A DNA stretch of 64,000 nucleotides from IMGVR_UViG_3300035180_001778:186001-250000; one strand, 5' to 3'. Shown: positions 47,847 to 58,632, counted from the stretch's first letter. The notes: a model not told the origin generated them from the sequence alone. Made by a program: numbers and translations.

Positions 47847-50102
47847 CTAGATCAGGCAGGCACCGCCAGCACAGGCGAGTTCACTGCTGAGGGTGGTGTC
47901 GTCCGTGTTCTCGACGATCATCGTGTAGTCGACGGGCTTGTAGCCAGCCAAGATGGCATTCCACCTCGCCTCATCAACAGGCGTCGTGACAGCCTCGTTG
48001 GGGGCAAACGCGTAGTCCTTGTCTCCCGTGGCCGCGAGCATCGAGACCCCAGTGAAGTACTCCCGGTGCTCCCACACGTACTCCGCGACCTTGTCCCACT
48101 CCTCGGGGAGGACCGTCACCGTGTTGGAGACGTTGTGGGTCAGACCAGGTGAAGACTCGGGACGCGCCGTTCCAGGGATGACCCAGTTCTGTTGCGTCGA
48201 CCGGATCATGTCGAGGAAGGGTAGGGCCGTGATGTCGTCCTTCACCGTTGCCAGAGCAGGCGCCTCGACAGGGAACTCGATCACCCACTTCCCATCGGGC
48301 TTCCTCACACACATGTGGGGATTGATCGCCCGGAAGGCCTGGAAGACGTACTCCATCTCGTCCGCAGTCACCCGGCGGATGTAGCGGCGGGCGTGATGAG
48401 CGTGATGCCCAGAGGCAACGCAACCCAGCTCCAGGGAGGTCGTGCCCGAAGGCTTGACACACGTCGTTCGGGCCGCGGGCTCGATCCCCAGACGAGCCGC
48501 ATACTCGGCGTTCCACTGGACGACCTTCAGCGCCACTTCCCGCTGGTATTCCGGGTTGCAGGCGATGTGGGGAGCATCGAGCATCCCCGTCATCCCAATG
48601 CCAAGAAGAGCATCCCTCTTGGCAATCAGCTCGGAAATGGGCCCAAGGTAGGGCATGTTCGTGTAGGTGGCCTGAAGCGTCCCGATGAGGGTTGCTGCCT
48701 TTGCCGCTGCCAGGAAGTCTTCGAGACTCGTGAACTTGGCGGCATTGAGTTCACAGAGGTTGCAGAAGGCCCACCCCGTGACGGTGTCCCCCACTTCCTT
48801 GAAGGTGAACACACGGGCAAGGAGTTCTTGGATCGCGGGCGTGATCACGAGAAGGGGGTTGAGGCCGATCTCACAGCAGGGATTGGTCCCGTAGTCGTAG
48901 TCGCTCGTGAAGTAGAAGCCGGGCTCGCCCCATTGCTTCGTCATTTGGAAGATGCGCTTGAAGCTCTTCTTCCGGACATCATCCCTCTTGAGGACGACCG
49001 AGTTGTTGGAGTTCGCGAGCCAGGGCTCACGGACATACCAGTCACCCGTCTTGACGTTGATCATCTCCGAGTCGTCCAGGGAGAAGAGACAGATCATCGC
49101 CGATCGACGGATGCCCCCCGAGAGGACAGCATCCGCGGCGTGACACATGATCATGTGACACTCGACAGGACGCAGCTTCCGCCCCTGCACGGAGTTCAGA
49201 ACCCCACGGATGTACTCCAGGGAGGCCTTGAGCTTCACATGGCCGGGAGCACGTCCCCCAGAGGTCCGGAGAGGCGTCCCCGCCGGCCGGATCTTGTAGT
49301 AGCTGAGTTCGAGGTAGACCCCATCGATGTAGCTCCGAAGCAGAGCCTTGAGAGCGTCGGCCCAGCCCTCGATGGTATCCTCGACGACGTGATGCCGGAT
49401 CTTGGTGGGATCGATGTACGGGATCGTCGGGAGCTTCTCGACGTGATCGAACTGAACCGAGTAGCCCACACCACACCCCGAAAGGAGTAGGAAGAGAGCT
49501 TCGGAGAAGACGTCGAGCCGATCCACGAGGGAGAAGCTGCAATTGTAGATGCGGTTGTGGTTGGCCAGAATGGCGTCACCCCCAAACTGCATCGAGCGCA
49601 TCGACGGGAGCACACGCTTCTCCCGAACGAGGTCGAAGGCCTCCTTGATCTCCTCGGCGAAAGCAGGGTGCTGTTGGCTGTGCATGCCTTCCACCCGGGC
49701 CACCGTCTCAGCGTAGACTTCTCGCCGCCGTTGCTCCGGGAGATACCGAGCGTACTTGCTGGCGTGAATGTACCCTGAGATGGCCAGAGGATCCGGGCCC
49801 GTATGCTGGCGAGCCAGACGAGCCTCTGCCCGCTGATGCCGGTAGAGAATGAACGACTTTGCCACGGCGAACTGACTGTGGCGCATGAGGGCGGTCTCCA
49901 CAGCATCCTGAACCGTTTCGACGTCGACCGTCTCCTCGGTCAGAGCATCGGTCACGGTGTTCAAGACCTTGTTGAGGGCCTTCTCGTCCGTGGAGCCCGT
50001 GCTCTCTTTCCATGCTCGGCTGATGGCATTTTTCAGCTTCGAGACATCGAAGGGCTGAAGGGTCTTGCCATCCCGCTTCCGAGTTGTCTGCGTACGAATC
50101 AT
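47847..50102 (-). CDS. nrdJ: Class II (B12-dependent) ribonucleotide reductase with ATP cone
   Basis: N-terminal ATP cone KRDG, NPCCEI, CNLCE, KPSGT and C-terminal ACAGGAC; no small subunit in the window. Confidence 0.85.
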   Translation of the reverse strand: MIRTQTTRKRDGKTLQPFDVSKLKNAISRAWKESTGSTDEKALNKVLNTVTDALTEETVDVETVQDAVETALMRHSQFAVAKSFILYRHQRAEARLARQHTGPDPLAISGYIHASKYARYLPEQRRREVYAETVARVEGMHSQQHPAFAEEIKEAFDLVREKRVLPSMRSMQFGGDAILANHNRIYNCSFSLVDRLDVFSEALFLLLSGCGVGYSVQFDHVEKLPTIPYIDPTKIRHHVVEDTIEGWADALKALLRSYIDGVYLELSYYKIRPAGTPLRTSGGRAPGHVKLKASLEYIRGVLNSVQGRKLRPVECHMIMCHAADAVLSGGIRRSAMICLFSLDDSEMINVKTGDWYVREPWLANSNNSVVLKRDDVRKKSFKRIFQMTKQWGEPGFYFTSDYDYGTNPCCEIGLNPLLVITPAIQELLARVFTFKEVGDTVTGWAFCNLCELNAAKFTSLEDFLAAAKAATLIGTLQATYTNMPYLGPISELIAKRDALLGIGMTGMLDAPHIACNPEYQREVALKVVQWNAEYAARLGIEPAARTTCVKPSGTTSLELGCVASGHHAHHARRYIRRVTADEMEYVFQAFRAINPHMCVRKPDGKWVIEFPVEAPALATVKDDITALPFLDMIRSTQQNWVIPGTARPESSPGLTHNVSNTVTVLPEEWDKVAEYVWEHREYFTGVSMLAATGDKDYAFAPNEAVTTPVDEARWNAILAGYKPVDYTMIVENTDDTTLSSELACAGGACLI

Positions 50103-50115
50103 CTAGGGGAACTCC

Positions 50116-51084
50116 TCAAGCAGAAATCGACAGGACCGCGAGTTCGACATGTGTACGTTTGGAGCGCGCCGAACTCTTGACGTCAGCGTCCAATTTGCAG
50201 AGACGGCTCATGTGCCCGATGAGCTTCACCATCTCGTGCCGTCGCACGAGGGGGAGAAAGTGATTCTTGAATCGCCAGGGGTGCATCCCAAGAGCACCCG
50301 CGATGTCTTCTTCAGAAGCTCGTTGATCCAGCATCCGGCGAGCAACAACGAGCTTCTCGACCTGCTTCATGAGGGCATAGGTCAAGGGCACGTTGACCTC
50401 CTCACCCTGGTTCCGGTACAGAACCGAGAGGAGGTTCATCGCCTTCTTGGTGTTCTTCTCGATCGCAGCTTCAGCCACTTGCCAGGGCTCCGCAGCCGGC
50501 GAAGGAGAGACCACGATGTTGAGGTGTGCCCCTGTGACGGTCTCCCCTTTTTTGGTGATGACCCGGAGCTTCTCCAGCTCATTCGCCAAGCGGTGAAGGT
50601 CAGGCCCCACAAGCTGGAAGAGACCCGGAGCGATCCCCTTATCCAGGGTCAACCCCAACCTCTTCGCTTCACCCTCGACCCACTTGACGACCTCGTTGTT
50701 GGTGTCGAAGGTCTTGAGCTTCTTGTGCTCGATGAGGCGACCCTTCTTTGCCGCTGTGGCCCACAGCTCAGGAAGCTTTTCCCCTCGAATGATCGCCACA
50801 AGGACCACAGAGGTGTCCCCCGGGACCTTGTCCGCGATGTACCTCTTGAGGTACTTGTCCCCCTTGATCTTCCCTGCATCGTCAACGACGACAACTCGAT
50901 CTAGACCGTCGAAGGATCGTGACTCACAAAAAGACACGAGGTCATGATCAAGAAGGCCATCTCCGTCAAGAAGAGCAACGGACTTCCCTTCCCAATGCCG
51001 TGCTCGTTCGAGGTCCTTGTCCAGGAAGTAGGGCTCTCCCCCATAGGAGACAATGAATGACGCGACGTTCTTTGCGGCGGCCAT
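50116..51084 (-). CDS. holA: DNA polymerase III delta subunit
   Basis: YGGEPYFLD, LVGPDLHRLANELEKL and GMHPWR motifs. Confidence 0.8.
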   Translation of the reverse strand: MAAAKNVASFIVSYGGEPYFLDKDLERARHWEGKSVALLDGDGLLDHDLVSFCESRSFDGLDRVVVVDDAGKIKGDKYLKRYIADKVPGDTSVVLVAIIRGEKLPELWATAAKKGRLIEHKKLKTFDTNNEVVKWVEGEAKRLGLTLDKGIAPGLFQLVGPDLHRLANELEKLRVITKKGETVTGAHLNIVVSPSPAAEPWQVAEAAIEKNTKKAMNLLSVLYRNQGEEVNVPLTYALMKQVEKLVVARRMLDQRASEEDIAGALGMHPWRFKNHFLPLVRRHEMVKLIGHMSRLCKLDADVKSSARSKRTHVELAVLSISA

Positions 51085-51085
51085 G

Positions 51086-52048
51086 TCAGACTCCGAAGAC
51101 GTCGAGGAACAGAGACTTGACGTGAAAAGAGAGGTTGATAGACGTCGTCCAATGAAGAGTCTGAATCTCCCTCAACCCTTGCCGGAGCTTCTGCCAGACA
51201 GCATCACTCGACGCAGCGCGGATCTTCCCCAAGGTCTCCAGGATATCGGAGTTGATAGTGCTTTGGGGGTCCAAACGAAGCATGAGGATATCGTGCAGCA
51301 ATTGCCCTAGAAAACGGAGCGCCAAAACGAAGTCTTTGTCAATGGCGTCCACCATCGAGAACAAGCGAGGGTAGTCTTTTTCAAGACCCGTTTGAAGGAG
51401 CACAACGACTTTGTCGCGAAGCGCAAGTCGGCCAGCCCCGCAGAAGCGGACCGAACGACCCAACGATCCTTCACCCATCCGGGCATATACAAGAGCTTTA
51501 GTGGGGTCCTCCTCGAACTTCTGAACCACAGACAGCACGTAGGCCTCGGACAATCGCTTGTAGCGGATAAGGCCGCAGCGCGAACGGATCGTGGGGATGA
51601 CGTGATGAGCCTCTTCCGCGAGGAGAAAGAAACGCGCTCGACTCGGGGGCTCCTCCAGAGTCTTGAGGAGCGCGTTCGCGGCAGCATCCGTCAGACGGTC
51701 GGCCCCATCGATCATGAATACCCGATAGGGTGCCATGGTCGGGTAGGAGCCGGCGTTCACGATCATCTCCCGAATGGCGTCGATCCCGATGTCTCGATCA
51801 TCAATGGGAGCGAGAACCATGAAATCAGGGTGATTGCCCTGATCGATCTGCGTGCAGTCGAGACAGGTACAACCCGTGCGTTGGGTCCCCGTACAAAATA
51901 TCTCCTTGACTGCCTGGAGGACAGAGAAGCGACGTCCCACCCCTTCTTCCCCCACAAGAAGGAGCGGGGACGTCAACTTCCTTTCAACTGAGCGCCGGAG
52001 GTATAGAACCCCCTCGGTCTGCTCCCGTACCTCCTCCAACATCCTCAT
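51086..52048 (-). CDS. holB: DNA polymerase III delta' subunit
   Basis: Degenerate Walker A GEEGVGR, CTCLDC, NHPD, ANALLKTLEEP and TIRSRC. Confidence 0.88.
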   Translation of the reverse strand: MRMLEEVREQTEGVLYLRRSVERKLTSPLLLVGEEGVGRRFSVLQAVKEIFCTGTQRTGCTCLDCTQIDQGNHPDFMVLAPIDDRDIGIDAIREMIVNAGSYPTMAPYRVFMIDGADRLTDAAANALLKTLEEPPSRARFFLLAEEAHHVIPTIRSRCGLIRYKRLSEAYVLSVVQKFEEDPTKALVYARMGEGSLGRSVRFCGAGRLALRDKVVVLLQTGLEKDYPRLFSMVDAIDKDFVLALRFLGQLLHDILMLRLDPQSTINSDILETLGKIRAASSDAVWQKLRQGLREIQTLHWTTSINLSFHVKSLFLDVFGV

Positions 52049-52223
52049 GCTCCATCAGGGCAGCTCGCCGTAGAGGCTCGACAGGTTCGAGCCTCATGGC
52101 AGCGAGGAAGTTCTGCCCGCAGTCCTCGCAGATGAATCGATAGGGTTCTTGGCCACTCGGGCTCAACGTCCCACGGCATCGACTACACCGCATAAAACCG
52201 ACGGGCACTGAATCTTCAGGCAT
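51984..52223 (-). CDS. Small zinc-ribbon protein
   Basis: CSRC...CEDC motif. Confidence 0.45.
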   Translation of the reverse strand: MPEDSVPVGFMRCSRCRGTLSPSGQEPYRFICEDCGQNFLAAMRLEPVEPLRRAALMEHEDVGGGTGADRGGSIPPALS

Positions 52224-52227
52224 GGGC

Positions 52228-52446
52228 TCAGCCGAGGTTGAAGTTGCCACCCGTGGCAATACCCCACGTCGTCTTGCAAGCGACGCAGGCATACATGTGA
52301 GCCCCGACAGGATACCCAGGCGGAGTCACCTCCGTCACCTGGATCGAAGGGCAGTTCGGGGCCTTGCACTTCATGTGGACGACCTTCGGCTTCTCGTGCT
52401 CGACGGGGGGAAGTCCAGGAGTCGTTCCAGTGTAATCGATGGGCAT
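52228..52446 (-). CDS. Small zinc-ribbon protein
   Basis: CKAPNC...CVAC motif; TGTAGGAC upstream. Confidence 0.55.
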   Translation of the reverse strand: MPIDYTGTTPGLPPVEHEKPKVVHMKCKAPNCPSIQVTEVTPPGYPVGAHMYACVACKTTWGIATGGNFNLG

Positions 52447-52842
52447 GCTCGTCCTACAAATTTGAGAGAGGGAAAGCCGTGGTGAAGATCCCCTGAAGCG
52501 TCCTCAAGACCAGAGCGTAGAAAACGGGATCTTGAAAGTCCGCCACCGAAGCGTCTGAAACCATGGCCGAAGAAACAGCCGTGGGTTTGAACGTACCGTC
52601 TTGAAGGAAGGGGACGATGAGCTTCCAGTCCTCATTCAAAACGGTAACATCCACACCCAAGCCGACCAGGCGCACAAATCCTACACCATGGCGAAAGTAT
52701 TGTGCCGCTTTCGCTTTGCCCCGGACCTGAGCCACGATGGCCAAAGCCACCCCAGGCAGATCCGATGTTCGAAGCCTTGCCGGCAGTCGCCCATGTACGA
52801 AGAAGAGCCGCTCGTCCACGCCTGAGCTGGAGCACAAATGAA

Positions 52843-52876
52843 AAAGGCCGGACCCCCTTTCGGGAGCCCGGCCTTT
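52843..52876. terminator. Intrinsic terminator-like hairpin
   Basis: AAAGGCCGG...CCGGCCTTT with flanking A/T tracts. Confidence 0.6.
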
Positions 52877-52904
52877 GCTGGGGTCGATCAAAGAAACGAA
52901 AGGT

Positions 52905-53099
52905 CTACGGGAAGACCTGCGTCAGCGACGTCATCGAGAAGATGGCGTAGTAGTTCCCGTCCAGCTCGCTGGACTCGTGGGTGCCGCCGCCGGTATACGT
53001 GCTCCATTGAGCGTCCGCTTCCGGGCGGGTGAGAGGGTCAGTGGAAAGGACAGTCCACCCGTCGTAGATGTCCCAGTAGTAGATGGCAAAGGTTTCCAT
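52905..53099 (-). CDS. Small hypothetical protein
   Basis: ORF ends just before the terminator hairpin. Confidence 0.45.
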   Translation of the reverse strand: METFAIYYWDIYDGWTVLSTDPLTRPEADAQWSTYTGGGTHESSELDGNYYAIFSMTSLTQVFP

Positions 53100-53165
53100 G
53101 CTCTACGTGAGCTATAAAACCTTCCGTGATCTCGACTGAGAAATCAAGAATTTGCCACCCAGCAC

Positions 53166-53492
53166 TTAGGTCCATCGAGGGTCGTTCAGCTCAACCTTGT
53201 CTTCCGGCTCATGTTGGCAAGTCGAGAGCCCCGTGAACGTGGTCAGGCTCTCCTGTTGCGCATTCATGTGCGCTCCGAACTGCACTTGAATTTTGCGAAG
53301 AGCACCACCCTTGTAGATGGCCGCCAGCTTGTTCACATACGCGCCGTACTCACGAAGAAAAGCCTCGTCGTGGTAGAAATCGTCATGGTCCACAACATTA
53401 CGGACCACGATGTGTTGCACAGCGGTTTCGCTGTGCTTGCCCTTCTTGCCGTAGGTAGGGACGCGAAAACTGAATCGTAGGGAGATGTTCAT
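53166..53492 (-). CDS. Hypothetical protein
   Basis: Promoter motif and AGGAG directly upstream. Confidence 0.6.
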   Translation of the reverse strand: MNISLRFSFRVPTYGKKGKHSETAVQHIVVRNVVDHDDFYHDEAFLREYGAYVNKLAAIYKGGALRKIQVQFGAHMNAQQESLTTFTGLSTCQHEPEDKVELNDPRWT

Positions 53493-53498
53493 GTCTCT

Positions 53499-53526
53499 CC
53501 TACAAAGCGAAGAAGTCCCTGATCAA
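53499..53526 (-). promoter_or_regulatory. Phage promoter TTGATC-N16-TGTAGG
   Basis: Exact motif and spacing. Confidence 0.7.
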
Positions 53527-53753
53527 CCCCTTCTTTTCGTCCCTCTCCGCTTCATCCGGGCGGCAGCCGAAACAGCATCGGCCGCTGCGTACAGCTCGTG
53601 AAGGTCCTCAAACGCCAAGTATGTATCGGCAGCCCGCTCGGCACTCTCGGCGAACGCGTCCAGGTCCTCTTGCTCGAAAGAGGCGGCGAGATCAGGGGTT
53701 CTATGCCGGTAGGATGAGCGTGCTTCGCCCACCTCCGGCTGGAGATGGTTCAT
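53523..53753 (-). CDS. Hypothetical protein
   Basis: Promoter motif and AGGAG upstream. Confidence 0.55.
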   Translation of the reverse strand: MNHLQPEVGEARSSYRHRTPDLAASFEQEDLDAFAESAERAADTYLAFEDLHELYAAADAVSAAARMKRRGTKRRG

Positions 53754-53759
53754 GCCTCT

Positions 53760-53787
53760 CCTACATGAGCACCATGAACGGGATCAA
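53760..53787 (-). promoter_or_regulatory. Phage promoter TTGATC-N16-TGTAGG
   Basis: Exact motif and spacing. Confidence 0.7.
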
Positions 53788-54254
53788 CCGAGGGGAAGCG
53801 AGGCCACCCGAAGACAGGCCGTCGTGAGCTTCCGCACCCCTTCGAGAAGAGTCTCGGGGGTGAACGGCATGGGTCCGAGGTGAAGGAGCCCCAAGGGGTC
53901 GATCTCAACCCCAAATTCTCGAAGGACCACCATGGTGCCGGAAGGAAATGCCCAGGTCAAGCCATTGATGTTCCGGCGGTTGACCGCTGCTTGATTCGTC
54001 TCGGGCTCGACGAGGTGCAACAGGCCGTCCTCAACCCTTGCTTCGAGGTCGAGCCAGGCGCCTTGGGGGTACTTGCTGTGGGTGCGGATCGTCACCGGCC
54101 CGCCAGGTACGGCAGCCTCAAGCAGGCGGATTTGGGGGTGTTGGCAGATGACTGCTCTCTCTTTGCTGGAGAGAAAGCCTACCGGACCGACGCGAAGATC
54201 GTTGGTCCGGTGCGTGGGGAGGAAGAAGGAACGGAGAGCGTGTCCAAATCCCAT
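53784..54254 (-). CDS. Hypothetical protein
   Basis: GGTGTA-N9-ATG upstream. Confidence 0.55.
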   Translation of the reverse strand: MGFGHALRSFFLPTHRTNDLRVGPVGFLSSKERAVICQHPQIRLLEAAVPGGPVTIRTHSKYPQGAWLDLEARVEDGLLHLVEPETNQAAVNRRNINGLTWAFPSGTMVVLREFGVEIDPLGLLHLGPMPFTPETLLEGVRKLTTACLRVASLPLG

Positions 54255-54296
54255 ACCCCCAAATACACCGATTTGGAGATATGGGACGGAAGACGG

Positions 54297-56015
<1,719 letters not shown>

Positions 56016-56399
56016 TCAATTTCTCCGGTTGGTCTGCCCCGACCTATACACCACGGCGATCTCATCAGGGTCAAGATCCGCCGGGTCAGGCACAGGGATA
56101 CCAGGATGAGACATCGGACCGGGTTTCGGAGGGGGCGTCTCGAAGTGTCGAGGCCTCCAGAAGGGACGCGAGGCCTCATTCTTCCGCGCCCAGAGCCACC
56201 CATACGCATCGAGCAACACGATACGAAGGTCGGGGTTCTCGCGAGCCCAGACAACCTTCTCATCCGCGTCCGTGTAGGAGGCCCAGTAGAAGCTCTCAAC
56301 CAGCTCGAAGCTGAACCGCCAACCAGGAGGGAGGGCGGTATGTACCGCAGCCTCGATCTCCCCCGGAGTCCAGGCGGTCATCTCCTGGAGTGAGAACAT
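56016..56399 (-). CDS. Hypothetical protein
   Basis: ORF abuts the groEL start. Confidence 0.5.
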   Translation of the reverse strand: MFSLQEMTAWTPGEIEAAVHTALPPGWRFSFELVESFYWASYTDADEKVVWARENPDLRIVLLDAYGWLWARKNEASRPFWRPRHFETPPPKPGPMSHPGIPVPDPADLDPDEIAVVYRSGQTNRRN

Positions 56400-56623
56400 C
56401 TACTTCCAACGTCCGCGTTTTTCGCGAGGCACAGGCCAGAGTCCTTGTGCCTCCAAAACAGAACGAAGCTCCAAGATCCGGATCTTGGAGCTTCGTCTCC
56501 AACGTCGAAGTGACCAGCGTAGCTTCAGAGCTAGACGATGCGCTCGTGACTTCCCAATCGACAGAGCCCACTCGGCTTCGTGCTCTTTTGAGACTGCCCG
56601 AGATTTACGACTGGGGGTCATTT

Positions 56624-56698
56624 TGGAGCTGACGAGGGGAGTCGAACCCCTAACCAACAGTTTACAAAACTGCTGCACTTCCATTGTGCTACGCCAGC
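56624..56698 (-). tRNA. tRNA-Thr(UGU)
   Basis: Canonical cloverleaf, anticodon loop UUUGUAA, CCA encoded. Confidence 0.9.
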
Positions 56699-56775
56699 AT
56701 AGACCTCGCCCCACCTCGACCTAACATCTCTTTGATATGGTTTGTCGCCCCTTTGGGGAATGTGTGAAGAAAGGT

Positions 56776-56860
56776 TGGCGGAAGAAGGAGGATTCGAACC
56801 CCGAGGTTTTTAGGCCCCAACTGTTTAGCAAACAGCCCCCAGCCCTGCTGGTCATCTTCC
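56776..56860 (-). tRNA. tRNA-Ser(GCU), 8/4 fold
   Basis: Acceptor GGAAGAUG/CUUCUUCC, 4-bp T-stem, long variable region, G73, CCA encoded. Confidence 0.85.
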
Positions 56861-56934
56861 AAGTCCCATCCCGCAGACCGTACCAAGGGCCCGCTTGCTT
56901 TTTGGTGGAAAGCCAGGCCGATGGGGAGCCTGAG

Positions 56935-57021
56935 CGGAAGAAGGAGGTCTTGATCCCCACCCCCATTTCTGGGAGCACACTGTTTTCGAGGCAGGTCCGA
57001 CCCCCGGTCGGTTCTTCTTCC
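56935..57021 (-). tRNA. tRNA-Ser(CGA), 8/4 fold, atypical T-loop
   Basis: Perfect 8-bp acceptor, T-loop AUCAAGA, CCA not encoded. Confidence 0.7.
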
Positions 57022-57037
57022 AAAGTGACCTCCCTCT

Positions 57038-57065
57038 GTTACACCGAAGTGTGAGGGACGGTCAA
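57038..57065 (-). promoter_or_regulatory. Phage promoter TTGACC-N16-TGTAAC upstream of the tRNA cluster
   Basis: Motif variant with identical spacing. Confidence 0.65.
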
Positions 57066-57072
57066 GGGTTTT

Positions 57073-57300
57073 CTACTTCCCGGCGTCGAGAAGCATCTTG
57101 CCCGTGGAGCTGGACGAAGACGAGCTGGAGGCCGTCGAGCTACCCGAGCTGGACGAGACCGAGCTGGAAGCCGAGCCGCCCGTTCCCGTGCTGGTCGTCG
57201 CGGTCGGTTGAACCGACGAGCAGGCGGACAGGATGATGGCACAAGCCAGAAGAGCGAGGGACTGCGTGAAACCCTTGAAAAGCATCGGGAAAGTCTCCAA
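57073..57300 (-). CDS. Small Ser/Thr-rich lipoprotein
   Basis: Signal peptide with lipobox LSAC; poly-Ser body. Confidence 0.55.
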   Translation of the reverse strand: METFPMLFKGFTQSLALLACAIILSACSSVQPTATTSTGTGGSASSSVSSSSGSSTASSSSSSSSTGKMLLDAGK

Positions 57301-57321
57301 TTCCGTTCCAATAGAAGCGAA

Positions 57322-57407
57322 TGGCGGAAGGCGGAGGAGTCGAACCCCAACGTGTCTAGCGCTCCCTGGCGTTCAAAACCAGTTTGCCTCCAATGGCGGC
57401 GCCTTCC
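57322..57407 (-). tRNA. tRNA-Ser(UGA), 8/4 fold
   Basis: Acceptor GGAAGGCG/CGCCUUCC, T-stem GGGG/CCUC, G73, CCA encoded. Confidence 0.85.
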
Positions 57408-57444
57408 AAGCGGACGTACTACCTACGTCCTTTCTACAAATCGA

Positions 57445-58026
57445 TCAAGGGTTTGTAGACGGAATCTCGATGTAGCCCCGGAAGGTAAGAGAGATCCTCT
57501 CACCACACTGCACGGGGCTCTTGGGGATCCTGTGCATGTGCGTGTTCTGCATCCCGGGGGCCATGAGGGCGAGGGACCCGTGCTGGAGCTTCAGCCGCTC
57601 GGGATCGAGCTGAACCGGAAGCTCAGGGCGAGCTTCCATGATCTGCTTGAACCAAATCTCGCGCTCGAATACAAGCGACACGATCCCGATGGGACGGGCG
57701 TCGTCCATCTCGGGCGAGTCATCGGCGTGCCACCCAAGCTGGTCCTTCTGATCCAGGTAGCGGTTGAGGAAGCAGACCTCGAAGGTCGCCCCCGTGAGCG
57801 CTTCGAGGTCCTTCCTGATCTCCCGGATGACGGGATGGTACGGACGAGGCTCGTACAGCCGGCGTCCCTTGCCCCGTCCGTAGACGTAGGGGGTCGGGGT
57901 GTCGTTGCAGTAGTACTCGCACCTGGGAGCGTCACCACGGCGCTCCCAGTCCAGATCATTCCGAAGAGCCGCGAACGCCTTGTCAGGGTCCGAGACGAAC
58001 TTGTAGGTGACGGGGGCCTTTTCCAT
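57445..58026 (-). CDS. AlkB-family 2OG-Fe(II) dioxygenase
   Basis: LNRY, GWHAD, H and RISLTFR motifs. Confidence 0.88.
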   Translation of the reverse strand: MEKAPVTYKFVSDPDKAFAALRNDLDWERRGDAPRCEYYCNDTPTPYVYGRGKGRRLYEPRPYHPVIREIRKDLEALTGATFEVCFLNRYLDQKDQLGWHADDSPEMDDARPIGIVSLVFEREIWFKQIMEARPELPVQLDPERLKLQHGSLALMAPGMQNTHMHRIPKSPVQCGERISLTFRGYIEIPSTNP

Positions 58027-58044
58027 GGGGTCTAGATACACCGA

Positions 58045-58224
58045 AGCGCTCCCCTTTGGGAGGGAGCTTGGACTCGGCGTTTGGGGGTCGTGGCGAGGTG
58101 AAGCGCGAGATCCCCATCCTATGGTCGGGCGGAGAATCCTGTTCGAGGCCTTCCGCGCGACACCGACCGGGGTTCCTGGTTGAGGACTCCCGGCTGTCCA
58201 AGCTCCCTTCCAGAAGGGAGCGCT
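58045..58224 (-). ncRNA. Structured ncRNA A: 180-nt rod with 29-nt closing stem (6S-like shape)
   Basis: 58045-58073 pairs with 58196-58224 (26/29 Watson-Crick); nested inner helices; own promoter. Confidence 0.6.
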
Positions 58225-58232
58225 GTGATCAT

Positions 58233-58260
58233 CCTACAGGTTGATGCCGCTGGGGATCAA
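58233..58260 (-). promoter_or_regulatory. Phage promoter TTGATC-N16-TGTAGG (ncRNA A)
   Basis: Exact motif, ending a few nt before the 5' end of the closing stem. Confidence 0.7.
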
Positions 58261-58264
58261 CCCG

Positions 58265-58545
58265 TTCGTTCGTATTCTGAGAAGAGTCCCCGAACAACCC
58301 CTTGGGACCAGCCTCAAGGCTGTTCGGGACACCGGGATCTCACCCCCAATGCTCTCTTGCCACGTTTTTCCGTCAGAACACCTGGTCGCGTCCTTGCGGC
58401 ACTCTTCGGAAGTCAGCTCGGTTTACGCCGAGCTGCTCCTCTCCGTGGGGACTGCCTTGTATGGCTCCCATCCCCATTCGAGAGCATTTCATGCTGACCG
58501 TGGGGTTTCCACAGTCGAGAGGACTCTTCTCAGAATACGAACGAA
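58265..58545 (-). ncRNA. Structured ncRNA B: multi-hairpin domain closed by a perfect 25-bp stem
   Basis: 58265-58289 is the exact reverse complement of 58521-58545; several hairpins with GNRA-like loops inside. Confidence 0.6.
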
Positions 58546-58547
58546 AC

Positions 58548-58626
58548 AACCAAGGGCGGATTCGAACCGCCTACCAATGGCGACCCTTTTGGAGAGTGCC
58601 CACCGCACCATGCGATGTCCTTGGTT
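58548..58626 (-). ncRNA. Atypical tRNA-like RNA, identity unclear
   Basis: Acceptor AACCAAG/CUUGGUU, perfect T-arm GGCGG-UUCGAAU-CCGCC, long D-stem, irregular anticodon arm. Confidence 0.55.
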
Positions 58627-58632
58627 AAAAAA

